This document shows, piece by piece, positions 1 through 8,866 of a stretch of 22,517 nt of DNA (its first letter is position 1; every line of letters begins with the position of its first letter). A program made the position numbers and the translations under genes. Below the pieces are notes generated by a model. That model was not told the DNA's origin. It searched no databases and saw only the letters and a list, made by a program, of their open reading frames with translations. The DNA is from Chthonomonas calidirosea (lineage in GTDB: Bacteria; Armatimonadota; Fimbriimonadia; Fimbriimonadales; Fimbriimonadaceae): positions 1 to 22,517 of the forward strand of contig CAMAPH010000042.1 in assembly GCA_945859975.1 (NCBI GenBank), read 5' to 3'.

Positions 1-555
1 CGACGCGGGAACCACGAAGTCATGATTCGTGGCACCTTTGCGAACGTTCGCCTGCGAAATCAGCTCGCACCTGGCACCGAAGGTGGCTTTACCACCTACT
101 TGCCAACCGGCGAAGTGACGACGATCTTCGACGCGAGCACCCGCTATCAGGAAGCTGGTACGCCACTGCTCATCTTGGCGGGCAAAGAGTACGGTTCAGG
201 TTCCAGCCGAGACTGGGCCGCGAAGGGAACCGCCATGCTCGGCGTGAAGGCCGTGCTTGCGGAATCGTTCGAGCGAATCCACCGATCCAACCTCGTCGGA
301 ATGGGCGTCGTTCCACTTGAATTCTTGCCTGGCGAGAATGCGGAAACCCTTGGCCTCACCGGAACCGAGTCCTTCGACCTCGTCGGACTCAGCGAAGCCG
401 TCTCCCGCGGCTTCGACGACGGCAAGGTCCTCACCATGCGGGCAAGCGACAAGGAGTTCCAAGTCCGAGTCCGCATCGACACCCCGCAGGAAGTGCAGTA
501 CTACCTAAACGGCGGCATCCTTCCGTTCGTTCTCCGCTCGTTGCTGAACGACTGA
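1..555 (+). CDS. acnA: Aconitate hydratase A, C-terminal swivel domain (5'-truncated by the window edge)
   Basis: Frame is open from base 1 ([18 protein letters not shown]) and carries the AcnA motifs [32 protein letters not shown] and [15 protein letters not shown]. The ATG at 22 is internal. Confidence 0.96.
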   Translation, partial: RRGNHEVMIRGTFANVRLRNQLAPGTEGGFTTYLPTGEVTTIFDASTRYQEAGTPLLILAGKEYGSGSSRDWAAKGTAMLGVKAVLAESFERIHRSNLVGMGVVPLEFLPGENAETLGLTGTESFDLVGLSEAVSRGFDDGKVLTMRASDKEFQVRVRIDTPQEVQYYLNGGILPFVLRSLLND

Positions 556-566
556 CGAACCCACCG

Positions 567-602
567 GCTTGCGGTGTGAACCAAACACACTGCAAGCATT
601 TG
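567..602 (+). terminator. Stem-loop after acnA, possible intrinsic terminator or 3'-UTR structure
   Basis: GCTTGCGGTGTG (567-578) pairs with CACACTGCAAGC (586-597): 12 bp with one G-U and a 7-nt loop. It is followed only by a short ATTTG tail. Confidence 0.5.
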
Positions 603-618
603 AAGCCCACCAATTCCC

Positions 619-1023
619 ATGCCAACTCCAGCCCAGCTCATCCAGGCCTATGTCGATGCTTTCAACCAAGACGACCTTGAGGGCCAGCTAGCAGTTTTGT
701 CGAACGACATCGTTCACGACATCAACGAAAGCGAAACCCAGGTCGGAATCGATACCTACCGAGCCTTCAAGCTCCATATGGACTCTCATTACCGAGAGCG
801 GCTAAACGATGTCGTCGTGTTCGAAAACGGCCATCGTGGCGCGGTTGAGTTTATCGTCGACGGGACGTACATCCAAAAGGATGGCGATCTGCCCGACGCA
901 AACGACCAGACCTACAGCATCCGCGCGGCTTTCTTCGTGGATACCGACGGTCAGAAAATCACCCGAATCACCTCGTACTACAACCTAAAGAAGTGGTGCG
1001 AGGTGATCGAGAATCAAGGATGA
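619..1023 (+). CDS. SnoaL-like / ketosteroid isomerase-related protein (NTF2 fold)
   Basis: 134 aa with the family pattern YVDAFN...DIVHDIN...HYRERL...AVEFIVDGTY...DLP.A..QTY...ITRITSYYNL..W. Confidence 0.85.
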   Translation: MPTPAQLIQAYVDAFNQDDLEGQLAVLSNDIVHDINESETQVGIDTYRAFKLHMDSHYRERLNDVVVFENGHRGAVEFIVDGTYIQKDGDLPDANDQTYSIRAAFFVDTDGQKITRITSYYNLKKWCEVIENQG

Positions 1024-4000
1024 ATCAGTGACCGGAAGGTCTCTGCTGCTCCAATCAAAGTAGCATTCACTACGAGTGGGGTTGAAGATCCCGGGACACT
1101 GACGTACTTGCCGGCAGCAAGGTACTTCAGGGCAAAATCCCCGCTCCCGAGGTCTACCCACTCGAACTCTTGAGCGGCCCCAATCGTCGTGCTGTTTGCA
1201 ACGAGCTGGTCTGATGTAGCCAAGGTGACGTACTTGCCGTTAGCCGTTGCCTTGAGCGCAACCACCCCGGTTCGAACCGATACGACCGTAAACTTCTCCC
1301 AGCCTCCCGCCGCGCCTCGGTTTGCGATCAGCGGCTGATTCCCCGCGTCCTCAGCCGCGACGTACATTCCGTTCAGTTGAGCCTTGAGACTGATTTCACG
1401 ACCAACCGGAATGTCAGCCGCCGCGCCAGTGGCATAGACCACGACGCGCAGCAGGCTAAAGCCCGCCGAATCTTCGACAATCCGAAGCGTCTGAATCCCC
1501 GCTGGCAACGAAAGCGTCACGGTCACGGGCTCGAAGGTCATCTCAGAGCCGGTGTTTGGCACCGCTACCGTCGCAAGGGTTGTTCCGCCCGGCGTGCGTA
1601 CTCGGAACGATTTCCCGCTTGTCGGCGCACCAACATAGAACGTCGCCTGATAGGTCCCCGCCTTGGCGACCTGAATCGTGTAGTTCTTCCACTGCGTCGG
1701 TGCCGTGCCGAAGACACGGTATCGGTTCCCCGCAAGTGACACGGTAGCAATGTCCACCGCTTCACTCGGACGATATTCACCGCCCGCATTCACGGTGTCA
1801 AGGTCGCGGTAGCTCACACCTTCGCCGCCAAAGTCGTAATTGACCAAGTCGAGGCCACCCGGGAAGCGTACGGGCACGCCAAAGTACGGCGTCGAGATGG
1901 CCGTCCCGCCGGATGTCGCGGTTGTCGAAATGGTAGTGCGAGCCGGGACTCGGACAGAGCCAACCGACACGCCGGCCACATACAATGTCGCCGTTTGGGC
2001 CGTCACCTTCGGGTTGTAAATGACAAACGTGCGAACTCCGGTCCCACTCTTGAACACTTGGCTGGTTGGCATCGAAGTATGCGAGTCCCAATCCTGCTGA
2101 CCTAGTCCCCGGAGAGCATGAGCAACGTAGTACACCGCTCCGGTGTAGGTTTGGTCCGTCGCGATTGGTAAGTTCTCGTTCCAGTACTGATCCAGTTTCG
2201 CCACCGCGGATGTCGGGTTCACCAAAGATTCAAACCCCAGCACGTACGCCCCTGGGTAGGCCCCAAGTCCGGAGGGCGTGTTGGAATCGCTCAGTCGAAA
2301 TGCGCCCGGATCTCGCTTTGCGTTGAACTCACTTAGATCAGCGCGGTCCCGCCAAAGTTGATCGTACTGCCGAGTGGCGGTACGCAAGTTCCGAACCAGA
2401 TAGTTGTTCCAGTGGTTGGCAGGCGTCCATTGAATGCCGTAGATCCACGCCGGATCGCCCGAGAAGTAAGTCGCGTACGCAATTCCCGAGTCCGTCAAGA
2501 TTCCGGTCATGCGGGGACCGTAGCCGACAGGGAAGTTCGTGCCACGCCAGTCTTGCCAATACTCGTTTGTCGATGCACTCTCAACCGCGTAGCCCATCGC
2601 ACCACAGTCACGCATTGCGTCATCGCCGAGCATGGACCCGAGTAGGAACATTCCCACCCATGCGTTCATCGCTTCCGAGCTCGATTCCTGATTGTTCCCG
2701 CCCGGTCCGGAAACTCCAGCCGCCCAACCGTGGCCTTCCCAAACATCGAAAGTGCGCAAGAACGGGAACTGAGTATCCGCCCGGTCCCAGTTTGCATACT
2801 GCTTCGCCACGAGCCGCATCATCGGGCCGTACTGGGTCAAGAACGCCGAGTCATGCATGCCCAAGAGCGCCGCGCCAACCGCATAGTAACCATAGTGAAA
2901 ATGCAGGTCATTAAAAGATGAACTGCCGTAGCCTGTATAGAACCCGACTAATCCTTGCCAACCTGGGTATGTCGCAAAGAAATTCCTTTCTTCGCCTGGG
3001 GTGTAGGTGAGCCAATCGCTCATGTAGGTGCGCAATTTGGATTGCAAGTGCAGCGCGGTCGCGGGATCGTTCGACTGACTCGCGAGCGAAAGGTACTGCG
3101 CACTCAGGCCAAACTCCTTGCCCTGCCAGTAGGTATCCGCGCCAATGGTTGGGTGCGAGTCTGCGAATTTTCCTAAGTAGTTCGACATCCTCGCAGGGGA
3201 GTAATCGTTGACGATGCCCTTTACCGTCGGCGTAGGCAGGACAGGCGCGATTCCTCGGAACGGATACTTCAGCGTGAAATTGTTGCCGGCCGCCAAGAGA
3301 AGCTTGCCCCGCACGGTTGTGTACGAGGTGTTGAACATCGTAAAGGCTCGGCTCGTCGTGCGGTAGTGGTGCGGCAGCCAACCTTGCAGCGTTGCCGTCG
3401 AAGTACCCTTCAGCGGACTAGCCGTAATCTGCCAGGTTGTGCTCACGCTCCCGGTTGACGGCGAATAGCTCCAGCCATAGGTCGTTTTAGTTGGACGGGC
3501 GAACGCGTAGCTCCTAAAGGTGTTGAGGAAGCTGGCGTCAGGCAAAAAGCCGTAAACCAGGTAGCCCGGCCGATCCGCCTCAATCCAGTTTCCAACCAAC
3601 TTGAAGTTGGTGTTGTCAGGCGCAAACACGCCGTAGGTGTGCGCCATTCCGCGCGAATCGACGACGTTGAAGCAAAATGCCGCAGAGCGGAAACTCCCAC
3701 CCGTCGTGGATATCGCGTTGCCGTTCGTGTCAGTCAGCTGCGGGTTTGCACCCACGTTAATTCTTGGTGAGACATGCGAATAGCGAGTCCACACAAACGG
3801 AATTCCCCGGGCGACGGTGGTGTCCGCGCTCGCGGCAGCCGAGTTCGATTGCCGAAAATCCACCGACCAATCGCTATAGCTCGTCACCATTGCGCTCGGC
3901 ACCGTCAGGGTTGTGCTGTACCGAGTTTCCGGCTCTTCGGCGCTGTTCGTACCGATGATGGCCGCACAAAGCGTGAAGCCCCAACCGCCGGAGCTTGAAT

Positions 4001-4904
4001 CTCGAATAACCAGTCGAGCGCGTTTTCCGGCTTGCGCGGTTAGATCCCACTTGGTCCAGCGCAACGTCGCATCCTGCTGCCCGATCGCACTTGCCACCAC
4101 CGCGCCATCGATGACGAGTTGAATGCTCGTCTTCTCCGGGTCGTTGCCTCCACCCGACTTCACCACGATGTACTTGCTCGAAATCGTGAACTCAGGGGAT
4201 GTAAGCGTTCCCTGAGTGGTGTCAGTTCCACGGTAGGTGTTGACGCAAGCGTTCCCGATCAGGCCCGTGACCGGAGGGCTCTGATTCGGCCAGCTGCCAC
4301 CTTGAATCGGGGCTGTACCCACCAAGTCGCCACTCGCTACCCAGCCAGACGGATAGGTTATTCCGCCAAAATCGCCCAACATCGTGTCGTCCGCGGGGAG
4401 TTGAAAACCCGTATAGTTTTCAATCTGAAGGGCTGGACCCTGGTCAAAGTTCCCCTGTGCGAAGCTGGGTCGATCAAGATCATTCCGAACCCAATCCTTG
4501 GGGAAGAACAGATTCATTCCGCGCCGAGTAGGCTGCACCGCTCCAGGGAGCGCATGCAGCACGCCCGCGTTTCCGGCTCCGTCCATTTGCTGCTGGAACC
4601 ACTCGGCTGGTGCACCAGCAACTGCTCGGGATCGCTGACCAATCATCAGATCGGTCCACCATTGGTTCGTCGGCACGGCTCGACTCTTTAGAGAAGGGTC
4701 CAGATAAAGAGTCGCAAACTCGTTGATGATGGTGCCCGGCGTTGGCGCAAAGTAGCCGTCATCATTCAGCCGGATTGTTGGAACGGAACTCGCGTACGAC
4801 CCGTGGCCGACCGGTACCGCGCTCTGCGGGACTGCAATCCCGACAAGACCCAACAACAGACACGAACAAACGAACCGTGAGAAACGTTTCTCAACACCGA
4901 GCAT
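1014..4904 (-). CDS. Secreted multi-modular glycoside hydrolase family 81 (endo-beta-1,3-glucanase) with CBM38-like insert, CBM6-like module and fascin-like beta-trefoil
   Basis: Hydrophobic signal peptide; GH81 motifs VPTNQWWTDL, FNDLHFHYGYY, FPFLRTFDVWEGHGWA and NQESSSEAMNAW. CBM6-type segment PGGLDLVNYDFGGEGVSYRD (about 1430-1890). Fascin-like C-terminus ISLKAQLNGMYVAAEDAGNQPLIANR...WEKF (about 1020-1400). Confidence 0.9.
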   Translation of the reverse strand: MLGVEKRFSRFVCSCLLLGLVGIAVPQSAVPVGHGSYASSVPTIRLNDDGYFAPTPGTIINEFATLYLDPSLKSRAVPTNQWWTDLMIGQRSRAVAGAPAEWFQQQMDGAGNAGVLHALPGAVQPTRRGMNLFFPKDWVRNDLDRPSFAQGNFDQGPALQIENYTGFQLPADDTMLGDFGGITYPSGWVASGDLVGTAPIQGGSWPNQSPPVTGLIGNACVNTYRGTDTTQGTLTSPEFTISSKYIVVKSGGGNDPEKTSIQLVIDGAVVASAIGQQDATLRWTKWDLTAQAGKRARLVIRDSSSGGWGFTLCAAIIGTNSAEEPETRYSTTLTVPSAMVTSYSDWSVDFRQSNSAAASADTTVARGIPFVWTRYSHVSPRINVGANPQLTDTNGNAISTTGGSFRSAAFCFNVVDSRGMAHTYGVFAPDNTNFKLVGNWIEADRPGYLVYGFLPDASFLNTFRSYAFARPTKTTYGWSYSPSTGSVSTTWQITASPLKGTSTATLQGWLPHHYRTTSRAFTMFNTSYTTVRGKLLLAAGNNFTLKYPFRGIAPVLPTPTVKGIVNDYSPARMSNYLGKFADSHPTIGADTYWQGKEFGLSAQYLSLASQSNDPATALHLQSKLRTYMSDWLTYTPGEERNFFATYPGWQGLVGFYTGYGSSSFNDLHFHYGYYAVGAALLGMHDSAFLTQYGPMMRLVAKQYANWDRADTQFPFLRTFDVWEGHGWAAGVSGPGGNNQESSSEAMNAWVGMFLLGSMLGDDAMRDCGAMGYAVESASTNEYWQDWRGTNFPVGYGPRMTGILTDSGIAYATYFSGDPAWIYGIQWTPANHWNNYLVRNLRTATRQYDQLWRDRADLSEFNAKRDPGAFRLSDSNTPSGLGAYPGAYVLGFESLVNPTSAVAKLDQYWNENLPIATDQTYTGAVYYVAHALRGLGQQDWDSHTSMPTSQVFKSGTGVRTFVIYNPKVTAQTATLYVAGVSVGSVRVPARTTISTTATSGGTAISTPYFGVPVRFPGGLDLVNYDFGGEGVSYRDLDTVNAGGEYRPSEAVDIATVSLAGNRYRVFGTAPTQWKNYTIQVAKAGTYQATFYVGAPTSGKSFRVRTPGGTTLATVAVPNTGSEMTFEPVTVTLSLPAGIQTLRIVEDSAGFSLLRVVVYATGAAADIPVGREISLKAQLNGMYVAAEDAGNQPLIANRGAAGGWEKFTVVSVRTGVVALKATANGKYVTLATSDQLVANSTTIGAAQEFEWVDLGSGDFALKYLAAGKYVSVPGSSTPLVVNATLIGAAETFRSLIHP

Positions 4905-4939
4905 GCCGTCAGGATATCAGATGCCCCTTCAACCGGGAA

Positions 4940-5878
4940 CTACTTTTGCTTCTTGCGCCGGGAAAGCTCTTTCTTCCAAGCCGCAGCCCACTTGTCTGCT
5001 GACAGCAGCTTCGCGTGCCCGTCCGTGTACACAACCGCCCGCACACCCAGACCAGAATTCTCCTCCCAGAGCATGATCGTTTCTGCCGGGTTCTCAATCA
5101 TCATTTGCGACTTCTTCGACAGAGCGGTGTTGTACAAAAGCCTCGAGGGACTACTCGTATCCCAAACTGCCGCATTCTTCAAATACGGCATTACGAGAGC
5201 TTTCGCATTGGCGGAAGACTCGGCTTTCGGGAAAAAGTCATCGTGATCGGACATGTACATCATCAGTGCGAGCCCGACCATCTTCGCGTTGTTAAGTCGC
5301 TCTGTTTTGACCGAGGCGGGTCGGGCCTGGTCGATGACCTGTGCCGGTGCTTCCTTAACCGTGGGATCGTCCTGGGCTTCTGGGGCAGCCGGAGCACTAT
5401 CGCCGTCACTTGTCCTTGGGGTCATTGACGCCTCCAACTTGAGGATGCTCTCCTTCGTTACCGAAGGCTTAGGCGACCATACGCTCACCGCAGCCAGGTT
5501 GACGTAAACCTCACTAAACATCAGCTTTGGTGGCTTGGCGTCCTCTGAAATCATCATGGAGACCAAGTCAAGCGTGTACCCCTTGATCGTTCCTTTCGAT
5601 GCCAGCCCTGCGGCGAACGCATCCGGATCAATCAGAACCGTACCGAGCAACTCAAAAAGCGCCTTTCCGGTCGGGTCCGAGCTGCCGCCACGCATGCCCA
5701 TCAACATAAATGGGCTCATGGAATCGCCGGTAGACCCGATAGCAACTCCGCGCAACGTATCAGGCAGGTCCTTCACAGAAACAACCTTTGCCGGTTCGCG
5801 AAGTGCCGCCGCAACATCAATCTGGGCTTGGGCCGAAGCTACGACAAAAATTCCGGCGAGAATCGGAAGGAGACGCAT
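4940..5878 (-). CDS. Exported protein with a C-terminal DUF1559/prepilin-associated (H-X9-DG-like) domain
   Basis: Sec signal MRLLPILAGIFVVASAQA. The C-terminus ARPASVKTERLNNAKMVGLALMMYMSDHDDFFP...RAVVYTDGHAK matches the DUF1559-type pattern. The N-terminal half is not recognised. Confidence 0.65.
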   Translation of the reverse strand: MRLLPILAGIFVVASAQAQIDVAAALREPAKVVSVKDLPDTLRGVAIGSTGDSMSPFMLMGMRGGSSDPTGKALFELLGTVLIDPDAFAAGLASKGTIKGYTLDLVSMMISEDAKPPKLMFSEVYVNLAAVSVWSPKPSVTKESILKLEASMTPRTSDGDSAPAAPEAQDDPTVKEAPAQVIDQARPASVKTERLNNAKMVGLALMMYMSDHDDFFPKAESSANAKALVMPYLKNAAVWDTSSPSRLLYNTALSKKSQMMIENPAETIMLWEENSGLGVRAVVYTDGHAKLLSADKWAAAWKKELSRRKKQK

Positions 5879-5930
5879 GAAACATTATTGCCCGGAACCG
5901 GCTCAACTGCAAATTCGGTTAGGTCAATTG

Positions 5931-6155
5931 ATGGAAGATGACGAGTCGTTTACCCGCCAGCGAGATCGCCAAGATCTTTTGCTCGCTGGCATCGCCGGCT
6001 GCATCATCTTCGGACTCAGTTTCTGCGTGTGGGTCTTTTTCGCTCAGCACTATCGAGAGCCCGGCATACTCATCGCGGCTATGAGTCTCTTGGCATTCCT
6101 TCTGTGCGCAAAAGCAGCCTTCTCTGCGCGTTCAGCCGACCGCCGCTCGAAGTAA
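5931..6155 (+). CDS. Small hypothetical membrane protein (74 aa, two hydrophobic helices)
   Basis: ATG at 5931 lies inside listed ORF 5535..6155 and fills the gap between two minus-strand genes. LLLAGIAGCIIFGLSFCVWVFFA and GILIAAMSLLAFLLCAKAAF are TM-like. Confidence 0.5.
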   Translation: MEDDESFTRQRDRQDLLLAGIAGCIIFGLSFCVWVFFAQHYREPGILIAAMSLLAFLLCAKAAFSARSADRRSK

Positions 6156-8804
6156 ATCTTCTGCGGCCGCAAGCGCTTCCTCTGCCTTGCTCGGATCTTT
6201 GCCGCCGGCAGAGGCGTACTCGGCTTTTCCGCCGCCGCCACCTCCGGCGATAGCCGCGACGCCCTTGATCAAGTTGCCCGCGTGAGCACCTTTAGAAATC
6301 GCCTCGGCTCCTACACGACAGACAAACATCACTTTCTCGGTCGTCGAGATCGCCGCCAAAGTCACCTGATTTGGCTTCCCGGCCGCTTCGTTATCAACAA
6401 GCGTGTTCGCCATCTTGGGATCAATGTCTCCCAAGTTCTTGCGCCAGAGCACAACACCGCCAATCTCAACCACTGACGCCGTATCTTCTCCACCCTGAAG
6501 CTGCGCCAGCTCGGCTTGCTCGCGACGCTTACGTTCCTGCTTTAGCTGATCGAGTGCTCGCTCGATACCCGGTAGCAGTTCCTTCGCCTGCACCTTAAGC
6601 ATCGCCGCCGCTTCCTTCAGCTTTTGTGCGTCTTCGCGGGCACGCTCAAGCGCCGATTCTCCCGTGATCGCTTCAATGCGGCGAATTCCGCTCGCTGCGC
6701 TGGCTTCGCTAACGATCCGAAACTGTCCAATTTCCCCGGTCGTTCGAACGTGAATACCACCGCAGAGCTCGCGGCTAAAGTCGCCGATCTCCACCATCCG
6801 AACCTTATCCCCGTACTTTTCGCCGAATAGCGCCATCGCACCCTTGGCCTTTGCTTCAGCAATTGGCAAGTCAGCATAGGTAACGACATCGATGTTACGA
6901 AGCAGTTCACGATTGACGATCTCCTCGATCGTGGCGATTTCCGCTTCCGTCATCGCCTTGCCATGTGTGAAGTCGAACCGCAAGCTATCTGGCCCTACCG
7001 AGGATCCAGCCTGCGTAACGTGAGCTCCCAGCGTGTCTCGAAGTGCAGCTTGCAGCAGGTGCGTTGCCGTGTGGTTTCGCTGAATCCGCCGCCGCCGTTC
7101 GGCATCCACCATCGCCCGAGCTTGCTCGCCAAGAAGCCTTGGACCCTCGACCGGATCGAGCTCCAATTCATGCCAGAACGTGCCCTCGCTCTTGGAGGTG
7201 TTTCGCACGGCAAACTCACCGTTCGGCGTTTCTAGCCAACCGGTATCACCGGTTTGACCACCGGATTCAGCGTAGAACGGCGTTCGATCCAACGCCACAC
7301 TGACTTTGCCCTTTGCGGTTCGCTGACGAACGATTCTCGCCATCGACTCAACCGCGTGGTAACCGAGGAATGTCGTCTCCGCCGGAGCGTCGGGCAAGGC
7401 AATATCTGCCGCTGCCGTGACACCACCGTACACAGACTCCAAGTTCTGCGCACCGCGAGAGCGCTCCTGGGCTTCCTTCATCGCCGCCTCGTATCCGGGC
7501 AAATCGACTTCAACGCCCCGCTCCGCGCACAGTTCCTGGGTCACTTCCAGCGGGAACCCGAAGGTGTCGTAAAGCTTAAAGGCCATGTCGCCGACCAAAA
7601 CCGAGCCCGAGCCTTCGAGCGCTTCATTTAAAATCTCAACCCCGGTCGCCAAGGTTCGCCGGAACAATGCTTCTTCATTTCGAAGCGTCTCGACGATCAC
7701 GTCGCGACGCTCGACGATCTCGGCATAGGCCGAACCCATCGCTTCGACCACGCCTTCGTACATGTCGGCCATGAAGGCGTCCTTGATGCCCAGAACGCGC
7801 TCACCCTTCAAAATTGCGCGGCGAATGAGGCGCCGTAGAACGTAGCCGCGTCCGTTGTTAGCCGGCAGTATCCCGTCGGCAATACAGAAAGTGGCAGTAC
7901 GGATGTGGTCGGCGATGATTCGTTTCGCTGCCGTTACTTCTGGAGAGGGCGGCACAACGAGCTTCTGCGCCCCGGCAATGCGAACAAAGATCGGCGCGAA
8001 CGCGTCGGTGTCATAAACCGTGCGGTATCCACCCAGCACAAATGCGGTGCGCTCCAAGCCCATTCCGGTGTCGATACTTCGGAACGGCAGCTCCGGCATG
8101 CCGGTCTTCACATAGCCTTTGCCGGACGGATTCTGGTCGCCCTGCCACTCGTAGGTGATGAAGACGTCGTTCCAAATTTCCACCCACTTTCCGGCGGCCT
8201 CATCGCGCGACCACTCCTCAACCGAGTACGGCTGGCTCGGCGCCGGTTCATCTGCCGGAACCCAGTAGAACATCTCGCTGTTTGGCCCGCAAGGTCCGGG
8301 AGGGCCGTTTGAGAAGGCGCCGGCTGGCCAATAGTTCGTGTCTTCTCCGAGTCGAAAAACGTGCTTTGCGCCGCATTCTTTCCAGGTCGATTCGGCTTCG
8401 TCGTCTATCTCAAATACGGTAAAGCTAAGTCGGTTTGGGTCGAGGTTGAGCCACTCGGATGACGTTAGGAATTCCCAGCTAAACTTGATAGCTTCGACTT
8501 TGAAGTAGTCACCAAACGAGAAGTTGCCGAGCATCTCGAAGAAGGTGAGGTGTGTCGCATCGCCGACCTCGTCGATGTCTCCGGTTCGGACGCACTTTTG
8601 CACCGTGGTCAATCGCTTGTTGGATGGCTGCGCAACGCCGCGGAAGTACGGCTTGAACTGGATCATGCCGGCGCCATTGAACAGCAAACTTTCATCCAAC
8701 CGCCCGGTGACGTCGTATGGGATCAGCGACCCGCTCGGGTACCGCGTGTGCCCTTTGGATTCAAAGAATCCGACGTACTTATCACGCAACTCTCGAACGG
8801 TCAT
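6132..8804 (-). CDS. alaS: Alanine--tRNA ligase (890 aa)
   Basis: Start placed at MTVRELRDKYVGFF (ATG 8804). Motifs QKCVR, HLTFFEMLGNFSFGDYFK, IDTGMGLER, FKLYDTFGFP, TPFYAESGGQ, editing-site HTATHLL and ELCGGIH, and C-Ala GGGGGK. Confidence 0.98.
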   Translation of the reverse strand: MTVRELRDKYVGFFESKGHTRYPSGSLIPYDVTGRLDESLLFNGAGMIQFKPYFRGVAQPSNKRLTTVQKCVRTGDIDEVGDATHLTFFEMLGNFSFGDYFKVEAIKFSWEFLTSSEWLNLDPNRLSFTVFEIDDEAESTWKECGAKHVFRLGEDTNYWPAGAFSNGPPGPCGPNSEMFYWVPADEPAPSQPYSVEEWSRDEAAGKWVEIWNDVFITYEWQGDQNPSGKGYVKTGMPELPFRSIDTGMGLERTAFVLGGYRTVYDTDAFAPIFVRIAGAQKLVVPPSPEVTAAKRIIADHIRTATFCIADGILPANNGRGYVLRRLIRRAILKGERVLGIKDAFMADMYEGVVEAMGSAYAEIVERRDVIVETLRNEEALFRRTLATGVEILNEALEGSGSVLVGDMAFKLYDTFGFPLEVTQELCAERGVEVDLPGYEAAMKEAQERSRGAQNLESVYGGVTAAADIALPDAPAETTFLGYHAVESMARIVRQRTAKGKVSVALDRTPFYAESGGQTGDTGWLETPNGEFAVRNTSKSEGTFWHELELDPVEGPRLLGEQARAMVDAERRRRIQRNHTATHLLQAALRDTLGAHVTQAGSSVGPDSLRFDFTHGKAMTEAEIATIEEIVNRELLRNIDVVTYADLPIAEAKAKGAMALFGEKYGDKVRMVEIGDFSRELCGGIHVRTTGEIGQFRIVSEASAASGIRRIEAITGESALERAREDAQKLKEAAAMLKVQAKELLPGIERALDQLKQERKRREQAELAQLQGGEDTASVVEIGGVVLWRKNLGDIDPKMANTLVDNEAAGKPNQVTLAAISTTEKVMFVCRVGAEAISKGAHAGNLIKGVAAIAGGGGGGKAEYASAGGKDPSKAEEALAAAEDLLRAAVG

Positions 8805-8866
8805 CTCGCCCAAAAGGGTACCGGACGAACCTTTTCGACGTTCGGCTGGAAGCGGTACGGTAAGGA
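8805..8866. promoter_or_regulatory. Divergent promoter region shared by alaS and the DUF6614-like gene
   Basis: 62-bp gap with a symmetric layout. Plus strand: GAACC 8827-8831 and TACGGT 8856-8861, 5 nt before the ATG. Minus strand: GAAC 8843-8840 and TACCCT 8820-8815, 10 nt before the ATG. Confidence 0.45.

Noticed and set aside
587..592. IRE-like CAGTGT hexamer near acnA
   Set aside because: It is on the antisense strand and inside a stem rather than in an apical loop.
5535..5930. First 132 codons of ORF 5535..6155
   Set aside because: Mostly antisense to the 4940..5878 gene. Only the part from ATG 5931 looks like a protein.
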